A stretch of 63,972 nt of DNA, the filler included, from Octopus bimaculoides (lineage: Eukaryota), in the NCBI RefSeq assembly GCF_001194135.2. It is 7 parts of 7 records of this genome, joined end to end, with 100 filler letters (N's around TTAATTAATTAA, not from the genome) between each part and the next. Parts side by side here need not be neighbours in the genome. Positions count along the whole stretch, not along the records: positions 18,948 to 26,470 come from NC_068985.1; positions 26,571 to 34,074 come from NW_026392236.1; 5 more parts are not named here. The stretch is one strand, 5' to 3'. This document shows positions 21,670 to 33,628 of the stretch, one piece after another (positions within the stretch are counted from its first letter, which is position 1; each line of letters starts with the position of its first letter). Made by a program: the position numbers and the translations under genes. Under the pieces are notes generated by a model, which saw only the letters and a list, made by a program, of their open reading frames with translations, made no database searches and was not told the origin of the DNA.

Positions 21670-22378
21670 TAACGTTGTCTAACCATTTGCCCCTGTCCCT
21701 TGTGTCGACTTCAGTTCCCTCTTCCACTTTGCTTTGCCGTGTCCATCAACAAGTCCCATGGCCAAACACTAACAACAACAGGCCACCATTTAGGCCAACC
21801 ATGCTTCTCACACAGCCAATTATATGTCAGATGTGCAAGAGTCAGATGCAAAAAAACTTTCCGTGCTTGCCAAAAGCCAAAACAAAAAATGTCATCTGCT
21901 GTGAGGTGCTGTAGGACATCCAACATACCACAGCTTTCCTACCGAACAGGTTTATGGTGAGTGAGTACTATTGTTGCCATTCTTTCAAAATTACCTGTTT
22001 TTCTTAAGTCTTTTTTAAAATTTTGTCTGTTACAGTTTCTCAATCTCCTTGCAGATGGCTGGAGTTTTGGCATCACTGCACCCACTGCTTTACATATGAA
22101 CGAAAAAGGATGTTTATACCTGTGAACATTTAACAATCCTTTTCAGGGCTATTGTGAGAATGATAACACAGCCCTTGTCCATGGCTTTTCCATGACTTTT
22201 CACCCTGTTGTTACTACTTTATTTATGGTCTATGGGAAAAATCACTTCTTCCTCAATGTCAATGTTTGCAACTTAACGCAAAAAATATTCAGAGATGTAC
22301 AACAAAAAAAAATGGGAGAACCTATTAAGACTATTGCCGAGTATTTAATACCCGAGCAACGCTGGGTACTCATGCTAG
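21670..22378 (+). mobile_element. Helitron 3' portion with PIF1 helicase C-terminal remnant and intact 3' terminus
   Basis: RLQFPLPLCFAVSINKSHGQTL...PCFSHSQLYVRCARV and (frameshifted) KTKNVICCEVL* at 21706-21914. Hairpin TACCCGAGC-AAC-GCTGGGTA followed by CTAG (22375-22378) then T. Confidence 0.85.
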
Positions 22379-22429
22379 TGTCATACTAAAATTTAAAACT
22401 TTAAGAATCTATTACACAACTGCTGCTGC

Positions 22430-22905
22430 AGCTCCTCCTCCTCCTCCCCCTCCTCCCACTCCTCTTTCATCTTCTTAACCTCCTCCTCCTCCTCCTTCTC
22501 TTTCTTCTTCTTCTTCTTCTTCTTCTTCTTCTCCCCCTCCTCCTTCTTTTTCTTCTTCTTCTTCTTCTCCTTCTTCTTCTTCTTTTTCTTCTTCTTCTTC
22601 TTCTTCTTCTTCTTCTTCTTCTTCTTCTTCTCCTTCTTCTTCTTCTTCTTCTTCTTCTTCTTCTTCTTCTNNNNNNNNNNNNNNNNNNNNNNNNNNNNNN
22701 NNNNNNNNNNNNNNNNNNNNNNNNNNNNNNNNNNNNNNNNNNNNNNNNNNNNNNNNNNNNNNNNNNNNNNNNNNNNNNNNNNNNNNNNNNTTCTTCTTCT
22801 TCTTCTTCTTCTTCTTCTTCTTCTTCTTCTTCTTCTTCTTCTTCTTCTTCTTCTTCTTCTCCCCCTCCTTCTTCTTCTTCTTCTTCTTCTTCTTCTTCTT
22901 CTTCC
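22430..22905. repeat. (CTT)n/(CCT)n microsatellite
   Basis: Read directly; spans a gap. Confidence 0.95.
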
Positions 22906-23394
22906 TTACATAAATTTGTATGCATGTGTGTGTGGAGGGGGGCTTCAGGCACAGTCTAAGACAACATTTATCTATTGCTTACAAAAATATTAAAAAAAAC
23001 ATTTTCAGTCAAAACATGCTTAGGCTCAGTCTGATGAAATATATTACAATTTTATCAAAACCCTCCCTTTAGAAAAATCACATTCATCTAATATAATTAT
23101 AATTAATAAAATATAATATTAAAATGAACTGTTATCTTAATATTGCACTATTAAAAAAATAACACTTTTTAATAACAATATATATCTTATCAGCCTGAAT
23201 CACATAGTAAAATAAAAGTACTTTTTATCAAATATGATAACATGACCTGCATTTTACAAAATGTTATCAAAAGAGATCTTTCAATACAAGAAGTAGTGTG
23301 GATTGTTTTTAAAATCAGCTTCAGATAAAAAAAGAAAATGGTAATAGCAATCATAAGATTAAATTTATTTAATTTACTATATCTTATCTGTTAC

Positions 23395-23702
23395 CTTATA
23401 CTTGTTCCAGTCATTGGACTATGGCCATCCTGGAGCACCACCTTGAAGGGTTTAGTCAAACAAATCAACTTCAGTACTTATTTTTTAAAGTCTTGTAATT
23501 AACCCATCGGTCTCTTTTGCTGAGCTGCTAAGTTACAGTGATTCAAACAACCCAACACTAGTTGTTTGCAATGGTGGGAACAAGCACAAACCCAAAGGCA
23601 TACTTACATCCATATATGTACAATGGGCTTACACACAGTTTCTGTCTATCAATCCATCACAAGGCATTGGTCAGCCCACAGCTATAGTAGAAGACACTTG
23701 CT
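23395..23702 (-). mobile_element. SINE family A, old diverged copy
   Basis: CTTGTTCCAGTCATTGGACTATGGCCATCCTGGAGCACC...GCTATAGTAGAAGACACTTGC. Confidence 0.75.
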
Positions 23703-23725
23703 CTTTGCCATCTTCTATTGTACTA

Positions 23726-24137
23726 TACTCTTTTACTCTTTTACTTGTTTCAGTCATTTGACTGTGGCCATGCTGGAGCACTGCCTTTAGTCGAGGAAAT
23801 TGACCCCAGGACTTATTCTTTGTAAGCCTAGTACTTATTCTATCGGTCTCTTTTTGCCAAACCGCTAAGTTACGGGGGACGTAAACACACCAGCATCGGT
23901 TGTCAAGCGATGGTGGGGGGACAAATACAGACACACAAACACACATACATATATATATATATACATATATACGACGGGCTTCTTTCAGTTTCTGTCTACC
24001 AAATCCACTCACAAGCCTTTGGTCGGCCCGAGGCTATAGTAGAAGACACTTGCCCAAAGTGCCATGCAGTGGGACTGAACCCGGAACCATGTGGTTGGTA
24101 AGCAAGCTACTTACCACACAACCACTCCTGCGCCTAT
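23726..24137 (-). mobile_element. SINE family A, full-length young copy (~412 bp)
   Basis: Reverse strand from ATAGGCGCAGGAGTGG head to (GAGTAAAA)n tail. Confidence 0.95.
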
Positions 24138-24782
24138 TTATACTTCCAAAGTCATTTTGTAATAGCAGCTTGGTAAACATCTTGCTCACTTTTTCCTTTC
24201 CATAACTACTTTTCTCCAGAATCCACAGGAATTCAAAAAGAACTACACAAACTTCACCTAAATGTACTTTCTTCCAAACTGTATGAATCAAAGAATTTTT
24301 TCACCATGGCTTTCTATTCCTCACATTTATAATACCATTTTCATTATTCTAGTTGCCAACAAGATGGTGAGCTGGCAGAATTTGTCAGCATGTGGGACAA
24401 AAATGCTTAGAAGCATTCTTTTGATTTTCACTTCCTGGATTGAAATACTACCCAAGTCAACTTGTAACAAGTGTTACAGAGAACTTACCACCTATGCCTT
24501 CATTCTATCATTGGTTGACCTAAGGCTAAAGTAGAAGACACTTGCCCAAGGTATCACACAGTGGGTCTGAATCCAGAACCATGTGGTTGGTAAGCAAGCT
24601 ACTTACCACACAGCTATGCTTGCACCTATATATTAGGTTGTTTCACATGAAATGTTGCAATTTTAATTACTTGTTATTTCAGTCATTTAAAAATCCAATT
24701 ATGTATACCATGTATTTTATCTTGACTGTTTTCTTTCCCAACAATATTGGTATACAAAATTTGTACCCACGGCCTTTTGAAA

Positions 24783-25478
24783 ATGATAACAACCAAACTA
24801 TGTTGAGTGATTTTCTCATATAAGTACAAACTGGGTCACTCTGCCACAAAAGGTGTATGGAATATCAAGCGGGCCTTTGGTAATAGTTTTGTTGACATCC
24901 AAACTGTTCAGAGATGGTTCCAAAGCTCTCGTTCAGGTGATGATAGCCTTGAAAATAAACCAAGGAGTAGGCCAAAATCAGTTATTTGACATGATGGATT
25001 AAATTCTTTGGTTGAACAAAATCTGAGAACAAAGGTTTGAAAACTTTTATCAGAACTCCAAATATCTCACACAACTGTTTTGGGACACCTGTATAAAATT
25101 GAAAAAAATCAAGAGAATAAATAGGTTTATTCCACATCAACTGAATGAGATTTAAAACAACAGACAGACCCAAAGTGTGCTCCTTATTGCTTTCTCGACT
25201 GGAAAAAGACCATTTTTGCATCAAATCATTACTTGTGATGAGAAATGGATACTCTTTGACAACAACAGAACAGGACAGTGATTAGATGCAGGAGAGTCAC
25301 CTAAACCCACCATTGCACTACCCAAATCCACCATTGCACCCTAAAAAGTTAGTGGTCACTGTATGGTGGTCTGCGAAAGGAGTTATTCATTATTCATTCT
25401 TACAACAAGGAAAAACGGTAACAGCAACATCATATCGACAGGAAATTGATTGTATGCATGAGAATTTGAAAATGAAGG
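24783..25478 (+). pseudogene. mariner transposase relic (stops and frameshifts, 3'-truncated)
   Basis: IFSYKYKLGHSATKGVWNIKRAFG...TVQRWFQ..RSGDDSLENKPRS, FIPHQLNE (WVPHEL-like), IITCDEKWILFDN, LHPKKLVVTVWWSAKGVIHYSFLQQGKTVTA. Confidence 0.9.
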
Positions 25479-25579
25479 TCAAAGGAAGAATTTATAGTAA
25501 GAATTTTGATAGGAGTGGCTGCCTGTTGTGTGTCTACCTACACATGTGCGAAGGAGAATGGTCAGTAGAAAGGTACTGT

Positions 25580-26170
25580 TAGTTTGAAGTATGTGTGTGT
25601 ACGTATATGTATATGTAGTGTGTGTGTGTGTGTGTGTGTTTTGTTTCCAGTGTACGTGTGTGTACGTTTGGGTATGTATGTATGTATGTATGTATGTATG
25701 TATGTATGTATGTGTGTGTACGTGTGGGTATGTATATATGTGTGTGTACGTGTGGGTATGTGTGTGCGCGTGAGGTTGTGTCTGTGGAGTAATTGTGCTA
25801 TACTCTGTGTGTGTGTGCTTGTATGTGTGTGTGTGTGTGTGTACATGTATGTATAATTGTGTGCGTGTATGTATGAGTGTGTGCTGTGTGTGTATAAGAG
25901 GTATGTGTGGGTTCATCTGCGTGTGTGCGTATGTGTGTGCGTGAGTATATGTGTGTGTGCGTGTGTACATGTGTGTGTATGTGCGTGTGTATTTTGTGTG
26001 TGTGCATGTGCCTGTGTGTTTGTGCATGTGTGTGTGAACGAGGGGTTGTGTAGGAAGTATAGGTGCGTTTTTTGCGAGTGTATGCATGTGCGTGTGTGTG
26101 TGTACGTGTGTATGTGTATGTGCGTGTAGTTGTGTGAGTGTATGTGCGCGTGTGTATGTGTGTGCGTATC
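25580..26170. repeat. TG-rich low-complexity tract with conserved non-microsatellite islands shared with 63340-63972
   Basis: For example GTGAACGAGGGGTTGTGTAGGAAGTATAGGTGC (26033) vs GTGAACAAGGGGTTGTGTAGGGAGGTATATGTGC (63438). Confidence 0.6.
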
Positions 26171-26263
26171 AAAATTAATCAAAGAACACCCCTAGTATAT
26201 CTACCTGCTGGAACTCTTATTTCCAGCAGGTAGACATACTTAGTATGTCCTTTGATTAATTTT
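26171..26263. repeat. ~93-bp inverted repeat (hairpin)
   Basis: AAAATTAATCAAAGAACACCCCTAGTATATCTACCTGCTGGAA-ctcttat-TTCCAGCAGGTAGACATACTTAGTATGTCCTTTGATTAATTTT. Confidence 0.9.
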
Positions 26264-26431
26264 TATCCTCCAGCTATTTGATGCTTTTTGTGTGGTGGTG
26301 GTGGTGGTGGTGGGGACCTGCAATCACCTATATTATTGATTGTTATCATTTTTAAATCGTTAGACTAGATATTAACAGAGTCAATGATATCTTCGCAAAT
26401 TATTTTCCCGTGAATTATTTACTCCGTACTC

Positions 26432-26470
<39 letters not shown>

Positions 26471-27268
26471 NNNNNNNNNNNNNNNNNNNNNNNNNNNNNN
26501 NNNNNNNNNNNNNNTTAATTAATTAANNNNNNNNNNNNNNNNNNNNNNNNNNNNNNNNNNNNNNNNNNNNATATATATATATATATATATATATATCAAC
26601 AAGATAAAAAGATGAGCAATATAACATAATTATTAGAACTTACGTTCATACAAATGACTGCATTATTTTTCTGATCATTTGCTTCATCAGGCAATTATAA
26701 CTAGTCTTTGCAAGTTTTATCTATATACACCATCATGTGTTATTTTGTGTAGCTAAGGGAGTACACAGGTGTATTTGGTTCTATGTATGTATGTTTGTTA
26801 CAAAACGTTTCAGGAATAAATAGTAGAACATGATGTCATTGGTTGAAATAATAGGATAAACAGAATTTTGTACAAAATGCTTCTGTTTTCTTGTCACTGC
26901 GATCCCAAGACAAGAAAGCAATTGAGGCAGAAAGTAGGAAATTACTGAATAGACCAATAATTAGTTGACCGACGTAGAAACCCCAATGGTTGCTTATGTA
27001 TGAGATAGTGGTAGTATATGATACAGGTAGTCTTAGATATTATGTTACTTGCAATGTTGTAGACGTGTAGTGGTTGCAGAAGAAGGGGTTACAATAATAG
27101 TAACAGTAACAATTATAGCAGTGTTATTTATTCTTTATTAATTTCTGTTTATCTTTCTTTTCTTCCNNNNNNNNNNNNNNNNNNNNNNNNNNNNNNNNNN
27201 NNNNNNNNNNNNNNNNNNNNNNNNNNNNNNNNNNNNNNNNNNNNNNNNNNNNNNNNNNNNNNNNNNNN

Positions 27269-27405
27269 ATCAACAAGAAGCAGATGTAAAGAATATGGCA
27301 TCTATTTCATTACCAAGGAGTTTATTAAAACATCTGAAAGACGAAGAAAGGGCATGCATTTCACGAATAACCTTTTTCTCCATGCGGGACGATAAGCTAT
27401 ACAGG
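27269..27405 (+). CDS. Adhesion GPCR exon (GAIN domain); 5' boundary hidden in gap 27167-27268
   Basis: QQEADVKNMASISLPRSLLKHLKDEERACISRITFFSMRDDKLYR, donor GTATGG at 27406 (phase 0). A pyrimidine tract ends right at the gap. Confidence 0.8.
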
Positions 27406-27994
27406 GTATGGAACACAAACGGAAATTTTTCATCATCTTGTTGAGAAGAGAATGTTTGAATTCATTGATACTATTTTTGATAATGGTAGAAACAATACTA
27501 ATATAACACAACTGCCAATGTTTACGTGTGTGTACACATCTATATATGAGAGTATGTGTGTCTGAACAATTTATTATGCATATAGAAACTCATAAGAGAA
27601 CTTGTTTTGAGTTTCGGATAGACTTCTCTTAAGGAACTTAGTATAGTAAAAACAGAAATAACATGATCAAATCATGAGACACTGATGTTCCAATTTGATT
27701 GTACCGCTACAGAGTGACGAATACCCCAGACATCCTGACTTAATTCAGAATCTTTGTCCAAGTGTAAAAACCAAAAGACGTTTGATGATCTCTGTAGAAG
27801 TTGACCGGGGACAAATGGAATCATTCTATGCTTTTGAAGCAACGTTAAATTAAAGTAACGACGTGAAGAACATTTATAAATTAAATACAAATATAAAAAA
27901 AAATAGCAGGTCTATGATATGTTATACCAAATCACATTTACAGGAAATTTCTGTGAGAAACACATGACATACCATCTCTCTTTCTCCCTCCCCC

Positions 27995-28025
<31 letters not shown>

Positions 28026-28284
28026 ATATTTCTTTCTTTCTTTCTTTCTTTCTTCCTCTCTCGCATACACATACACACACATGCACATACACATGCACAT
28101 GTATAATATCGTCATTATTTTAAGGACCATTTCCCGTGCGTGCATGGGGCAGACAGAATTCTTGAATGGCCAGATGTCGTTCCGGACACCAAACCTCACC
28201 TATTTCAAACAAGTCAATCCTCTCCCGTGGCAGAAGAGGTCTTCAAGAAAAAAAGAACCCCGCATTTTTGACGGTGATGCATTC

Positions 28285-28480
28285 TTTTCTTGTTTTTGTC
28301 ACTGGACTGCGACCATGCTGGAGCACCACGTTGAATAATTTACTTAAACGAATTGACCGCGGCACTTATACTTTTCTAGCGTGGTACATATTCTAGCTAA
28401 TGCTTTTGCCGAACCGCTAGGTTAACGGAATGTAAACAAACTAACACAGGCTGTCAAGCGCTGCTGAGGTCAAAGACAAA
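28285..28480 (-). mobile_element. SINE family A 3' module, old copy
   Basis: CTTGTTTTTGTCACTGGACTGCGACCATGCTGGAGCACC...GCCGAACCGCTAGGTTA. Confidence 0.7.
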
Positions 28481-29114
28481 CACATATACAATTGCAAACA
28501 TAAAAATACATACACACATGCGTATATGCATGTGTGTATGTATTGTGTGAGCGCGTGTGTGCGTACAAGACAGTTTTCGTTCAGTTTCCATTCATCAAAT
28601 CGATTCTCAATGACTCCTGTGCCACCACCATCACTTCAACCTTCTTGATCCACTTCTCTCTCTCTCTCTCTTTCTCATCTCCCCCACACTCCATAGTGAC
28701 ATTAGCTATTAGCCACACCACCTTTGTTCATCACTTAATTAATCAACCTCCTGCCTCATCTTTACCACCTGTCACTCTCTTTACACTTTTTTTACCCATG
28801 GGTTTCTTTCCACGTGTTCCACGTCTGGATACCCTCATATACTTACCTTCTTCTACCTTTATGATGCATCTAGACACCTCTATATCTTACTTTTACTTAC
28901 AGCTACCTACACACATACAATGCGTGGTAGTCCTGCATCTCCTCTCTTAGACACCTGTGCTTGTCCCTTCATCATAGTTTAAACTTCAGAAACTGGCATA
29001 ATGCCACCCCCATTTTCTCAAATATACTTCCTCACTGCCAAGGGGGATTTTCTTTCCTTTTCTTTGTTTTACAAGTTACTTGGTAACCTTACTTGGGCTG
29101 GTAATACGGAAATA

Positions 29115-29290
29115 GAACTTAGTCCACGTTGTAAAGTGGTTGGCATTAGGAAGGTCATTCAGCTGTGGAAACCACTGTCAAAGCCGACATTATAGACCGA
29201 TGCACTCCTGGGGCTTGTGGAATCCTTTCCGAGCATCCAACTCATGCCATCATGGAAAACATGCTAAATAATGATCAACATGAAGATGAT
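29115..29290 (+). mobile_element. 3' end related to SINE family C
   Basis: GTGGTTGGCATTAGGAAGGTCATTCAGCTGTGGAAAC...CCAACTCATGCCATCATGGAAAAC. Confidence 0.65.
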
Positions 29291-29679
29291 AATAACTCTT
29301 ATATATATACATTTTCGTACACATATATACAGATATATATATTCTTATGGTATATCCTTACACGTATTGTTGAGAAACTCAAAACTGTGTGGTCTTGGGT
29401 CCAATATAATTGCACGGCATATTGAGCAAGTTTCTTTTAGTATAACCCCAAGCATACCGAATCCCTGTGAGTGGATATGGTAGACGGAAGCTGGACAAAG
29501 CCCTTAGTATCAAAATACCAACATCACGACTGCTGCTCATTACTCTGTGAACACTGTAAAGGCTGTGGCATGGACAGCAGCAACGGACACTGCAAAGAAG
29601 TGACCAGCAGGAAGGGATACACTAAGCATTCTGTCTGCGTCCAAATGCCGAAAATGCATCTCCCATCTTTGAACAGGAC

Positions 29680-30025
29680 CTTAGGCACGATTCAGACGGC
29701 TACTGACTGGTGAGGTTTGCTACTGAATGGCCATATGTTTGACAACTGCGTATGGCCACTTGCCATACCTCCGGAAAGAGTCAGAAGTGGATGTTGGAGA
29801 ATTTCTACAAGTTCACCAACCCCAGTTTCTGATCTCCTAATCACCCCGATTGCAATTCGATGGATCATTATGTGTAGGGCGTATTGAGAAAGACATCAAC
29901 CTGTCTGCCTGTAACAGAAAGGAGGTTTTCATAAACATTTCCAGGAACCCTGTGAGAAGCGCATGCGCCAGGTTCCAGAGCTATCTCGAGGCCATGGTAG
30001 AAGTTGAGGGTGGCTAGTTTGAGTC
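29680..30025 (+). pseudogene. Tc1/mariner-superfamily (maT/DD37D-like) transposase relic, C-terminal catalytic part
   Basis: MLENFYKFTNPSF*SPNHPDCNSMDHYV*G...EKDINLSAC...VRSACARFQSYLEAMVEVEGG*FE; stops sit at expected Trp/Tyr positions. Confidence 0.75.
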
Positions 30026-30721
30026 GACAGTTTCCTGCCAGCAATAACCTGGTGGATATTTTTTGGAGGTTTTAAGAATATTTTTGTTTTTGGATAAGAT
30101 CTAGTGTTTTCTTTCTTTTTATGCTAATTATCAGATTCAACCCGAACACCATGTATAGACTTTATTTTGTATTTAGTTTACCAGATTTTTAATGTGAATT
30201 CGAGTGCTGAAACAAATTTTGTTGTGCCTCCGGAGAGTCATCAGACACACACGCACACACATACACGCAAGCACACACACATACACACGAAAGCAAAAAC
30301 TGAAAACTTTAGTGTATTTTTAATTCCATGTTACAATACCCTGACCACTTGGCTATGCGTTCACACTACATGCTTACAAACAGTCAGACACAAAGACACA
30401 CATTCACACACACATACAAAACATATACACAAGCACATACACGCACTGGCGCTCGCGCGCGCACACTCACGCGTGCTCATATATACACCAATACTCACAA
30501 GCGGATTACAGAACAATTTATCAACCGAAGTCTGTGTTAGAAATTTATTTACTCAAGGTGCTGAGCAGTGAGTTTGAACACAGGATTCGTTGATTACCAA
30601 GAGGATTTCTTAAATACTGGCAGCCCTTATGTAAAAAAAATTCGATGTAAAACAAATATTGTGTCCCTTAGAACGAGTACAACTGTCAATGGACATGGGA
30701 TATTTTTTGTAGTATATATTG

Positions 30722-31222
30722 TTTCTACTCTAGGCACAAGGCCCGGTATTTTGGGAGAGGGAGCAGTCGATTAAATCTACCTCAGTACGCAACTGGTACT
30801 TAATTTATCGACCCCGAAATGATTAAAGGCAAGGTCGACCTCGGCGGCATTTGAACTCAGAATGTATAGNNNNNNNNNNACTTAATTTATCGACCCCGAA
30901 ATGATTAAAGGCAAGGTCGACCTCGGCGGCATTTGAACTCAGAATGTATAGACAGATGAAATACCGCTATACATTTCGCCCGGCGTGCTAACGTTTCTTA
31001 TTTCTTTATTGCCCACAAGGGGCTAAACATAGACGGGACAAACAAGGACATATAAAGGGATCAAGTCGATTACATCGACTTCAGTACGCAATTGGTATTT
31101 ATCAACCCCGAAAGGATGAAAGGCAAAGTCGACCTCGACGGAATTTGAACTCAGAACGTAACGCCAGACGAAATACTGCTATACATTTCGCCTGGCGTGC
31201 TAACGTTTCTGCCAGCACACCG
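30722..31222 (-). mobile_element. Two to three SINE family B copies, minus strand (one segment duplicated across a gap)
   Basis: GGCAAGGTCGACCTCGGCGGCATTTGAACTCAGAA repeated. The copy at 31000-31222 has a different 3' tail (TTGTGGGCAATAAAGAAAT). Confidence 0.85.
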
Positions 31223-31244
31223 CTCTTGTGTAGTATATATTATA

Positions 31245-31465
31245 TTATTGTCAGGCTTCCATCTGACAGAATCGTTAGCATACTGGGAAAAATGCTCAGA
31301 GCCATTCATCCATCTTCACTTTCAGAGTTCAAATTTCGCCGATGTCGAATCTGCCTTTCATTGTTTCAGAGTCAATAAAATGAGTACCAGTTGGGTACAG
31401 GGGTTGATGTAATGGAGTTAACTTACAACCAAAATTGCTGGCCTTGTGCCAAGTTTTGAAACCAG
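31245..31465 (+). mobile_element. SINE family B, plus strand
   Basis: CTGACAGAATCGTTAGCA...GAGTTCAAATTTCGCCGA...GCCTTGTGCCAAGTTTTGAAACC. Confidence 0.85.
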
Positions 31466-31600
31466 TATATATTGTATTAAGTTGTGCTGTTGGCTAAAGT
31501 AACAATGTCAAATTACAGCAATCCTAACGTTTGATCGTTTTATGCTTTAACAATGTATTTCATTGAATAAATTAATTTACTTAATAACTTCTCTTTACAG

Positions 31601-31729
31601 GTAAAACAAAAATCCAATACCCAAGGAAATACTAAGATTAACAGCTATGTTCTTGCTGCCAATGTTCCCAACGTTCCAATAAAGAAGCTTGACGAACCAC
31701 TTAATATAACCTTTAATTTAATAAACCAG
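31601..31729 (+). CDS. Adhesion GPCR exon (GAIN domain)
   Basis: Acceptor CTCTTTACAG, 129 nt VKQKSNTQGNTKINSYVLAANVPNVPIKKLDEPLNITFNLINQ, donor GTAATA, phase 0/0. Confidence 0.9.
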
Positions 31730-32127
31730 GTAATAGCTGTGTATTTATCATTGCTGCTTTTGCTGTTTATGTTCATGTCATCCGTAACCCAGTCGGCCTA
31801 TGATGAAACGCTTCCCATTCCTGACCACCACGTCGATTTATACTTCATTAAATATTTCGCGAACTAGTCCATCCAATGTATTTTGCTTCCAATGTTATGA
31901 GGATTCAGTGTAAATTATGAGAAAAGACATAGATTTATAAACAAGAAGAAATGGTCAGTTAAACTAGGTCACAGCATCTGTTATGGACTTCACAATGTCA
32001 GTACCAACCAAACATTGATGACGATGGTTTGTTCGGTGTTTGCTAAGTGAAACGAGTCACATTATAATTACATATATTCTAATTACAAAGTAATTTGATC
32101 AAATTATCAGTGTTTAATTTGTTTCAG

Positions 32128-32274
32128 AATGCCAGCAACCTAAAATGTGTTTACTGGGATGAAAGCCCAGGACTGAGTCCCCGTTGGTCGCCAAACGGCT
32201 GCAAAGTATCCAAATATGTACCTGGAAAACAAATAATTTGTTCCTGTAATTATCTAACAAGTTTTGCCGTAATG
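32128..32274 (+). CDS. Adhesion GPCR exon containing the GPS motif
   Basis: Acceptor TTGTTTCAG, 147 nt NASNLKCVYWDESPGLSPRWSPNGCKVSKYVPGKQIICSCNYLTSFAVM (C-x2-W...W...GC...CxC-x2-LTSF), donor GTGGGT, phase 0/0. Confidence 0.93.
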
Positions 32275-33063
32275 GTGGGTAATATTTTGATAAGTTGTCA
32301 ATTACCTGTGATTTTGGCCAGTTATATCTATGCGTTACTGATTTTAAAGATTTGTATAATAACATATCCACTGCACTTTGTGATGCAGAGTATCTTGGTA
32401 AATGTATAAGGTTGATATATTTTAAAAAGTTACTTTTGTTCTTCTTGCCATTGCTGTTGTGTATACTTTATACTCCGGATGGTTCCTTTTAGATGTACGA
32501 AACTACTATGCTCAATATAATGCATAGTAATTCCTCCGGTGTTGATGTGAAGGGGAATAATCTCTCTTGAATTAAAAATCTTCATTTGTGTTGAGACATG
32601 CTCGTATGCAGACGTTAAACATTTGGTCTTTTCATGATTCTGTTACAAGATCTCTCCTCTCGTGTATGGCATTTATTCACTTGAAACCTTCATGTCAATA
32701 ATACACATGTATCCAAATATCTGTCAGTCAAACAGTACCGCTTCTATTTACAACAATAAAACATTACCCTGTCTATGGTAACTATTTCAGCCTAACGGAA
32801 AAGCTGAACTAAATGCACATGTTAGTTCACTCCATACCAGTTCTGCCATCACCTGACATCACGAAGACTGAGATTAAATAGTCAGGTCATTGATGTTGTT
32901 TCTGTTAGTGTCAGCATCGCCTGGAGCATTATTAATGCGGCATACAGTAGTCACCACCTTTTACACCAGTATTATACACAAACTCCTTCTTTAAGTGTTA
33001 ACTAACATATAAGGAAGGTGGAGTAGGAGGAGCTAAACTCTTGTTTGTTTGTTTCTCTTGTAG

Positions 33064-33185
33064 GATGTCTACCAGAATGAAGGAGAGAAGGAAAATGTAA
33101 ATGACTTATCTATTATATCTAACACTGGCTGTGGAATATCATTTGTCTTTCTCGTTCTTACAATAATAATTCATGTTTGTTTCAG
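33064..33185 (+). CDS. Adhesion GPCR exon encoding the linker and TM1
   Basis: Acceptor TTCTCTTGTAG, 122 nt DVYQNEGEKENVNDLSIISNTGCGISFVFLVLTIIIHVCF(R), donor GTAAGC, phase 0/2. GCxIS is the family B2 TM1 signature. Confidence 0.92.
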
Positions 33186-33489
33186 GTAAGCATTTCAATT
33201 TCTATTTTTTTTTTATAAACTGTTTTGGATTACTCATAGGTTGGTGAGATCGATGTGTTTGTTGCTGTCTGCAGAGAAAATATGTGAGGAAGGAATTCCA
33301 GAATATTGTCACTCTGATGAAGAGTAAATGGATAAATATAGAGTAGAATTTTTAAGTGACACACTGTAATGATGAGATGAGAAAATCGAGGAAGGATAAT
33401 CTATCTCGTGTGTTTAAGTATAATTAATTTATAGCTTTCCAATTCAGAAAATGTAGAGGAAAAAAATAGTGACAGCAGTGACTCCGTCT

Positions 33490-33537
<48 letters not shown>

Positions 33538-33628
33538 GCAGTCGCTAAATTATTTTCACATATTTGATTCCCAATTTGTATAATCTTTCTGGCATATTAC
33601 AACTAATTTTCCTTTGTATCCTTTATTC

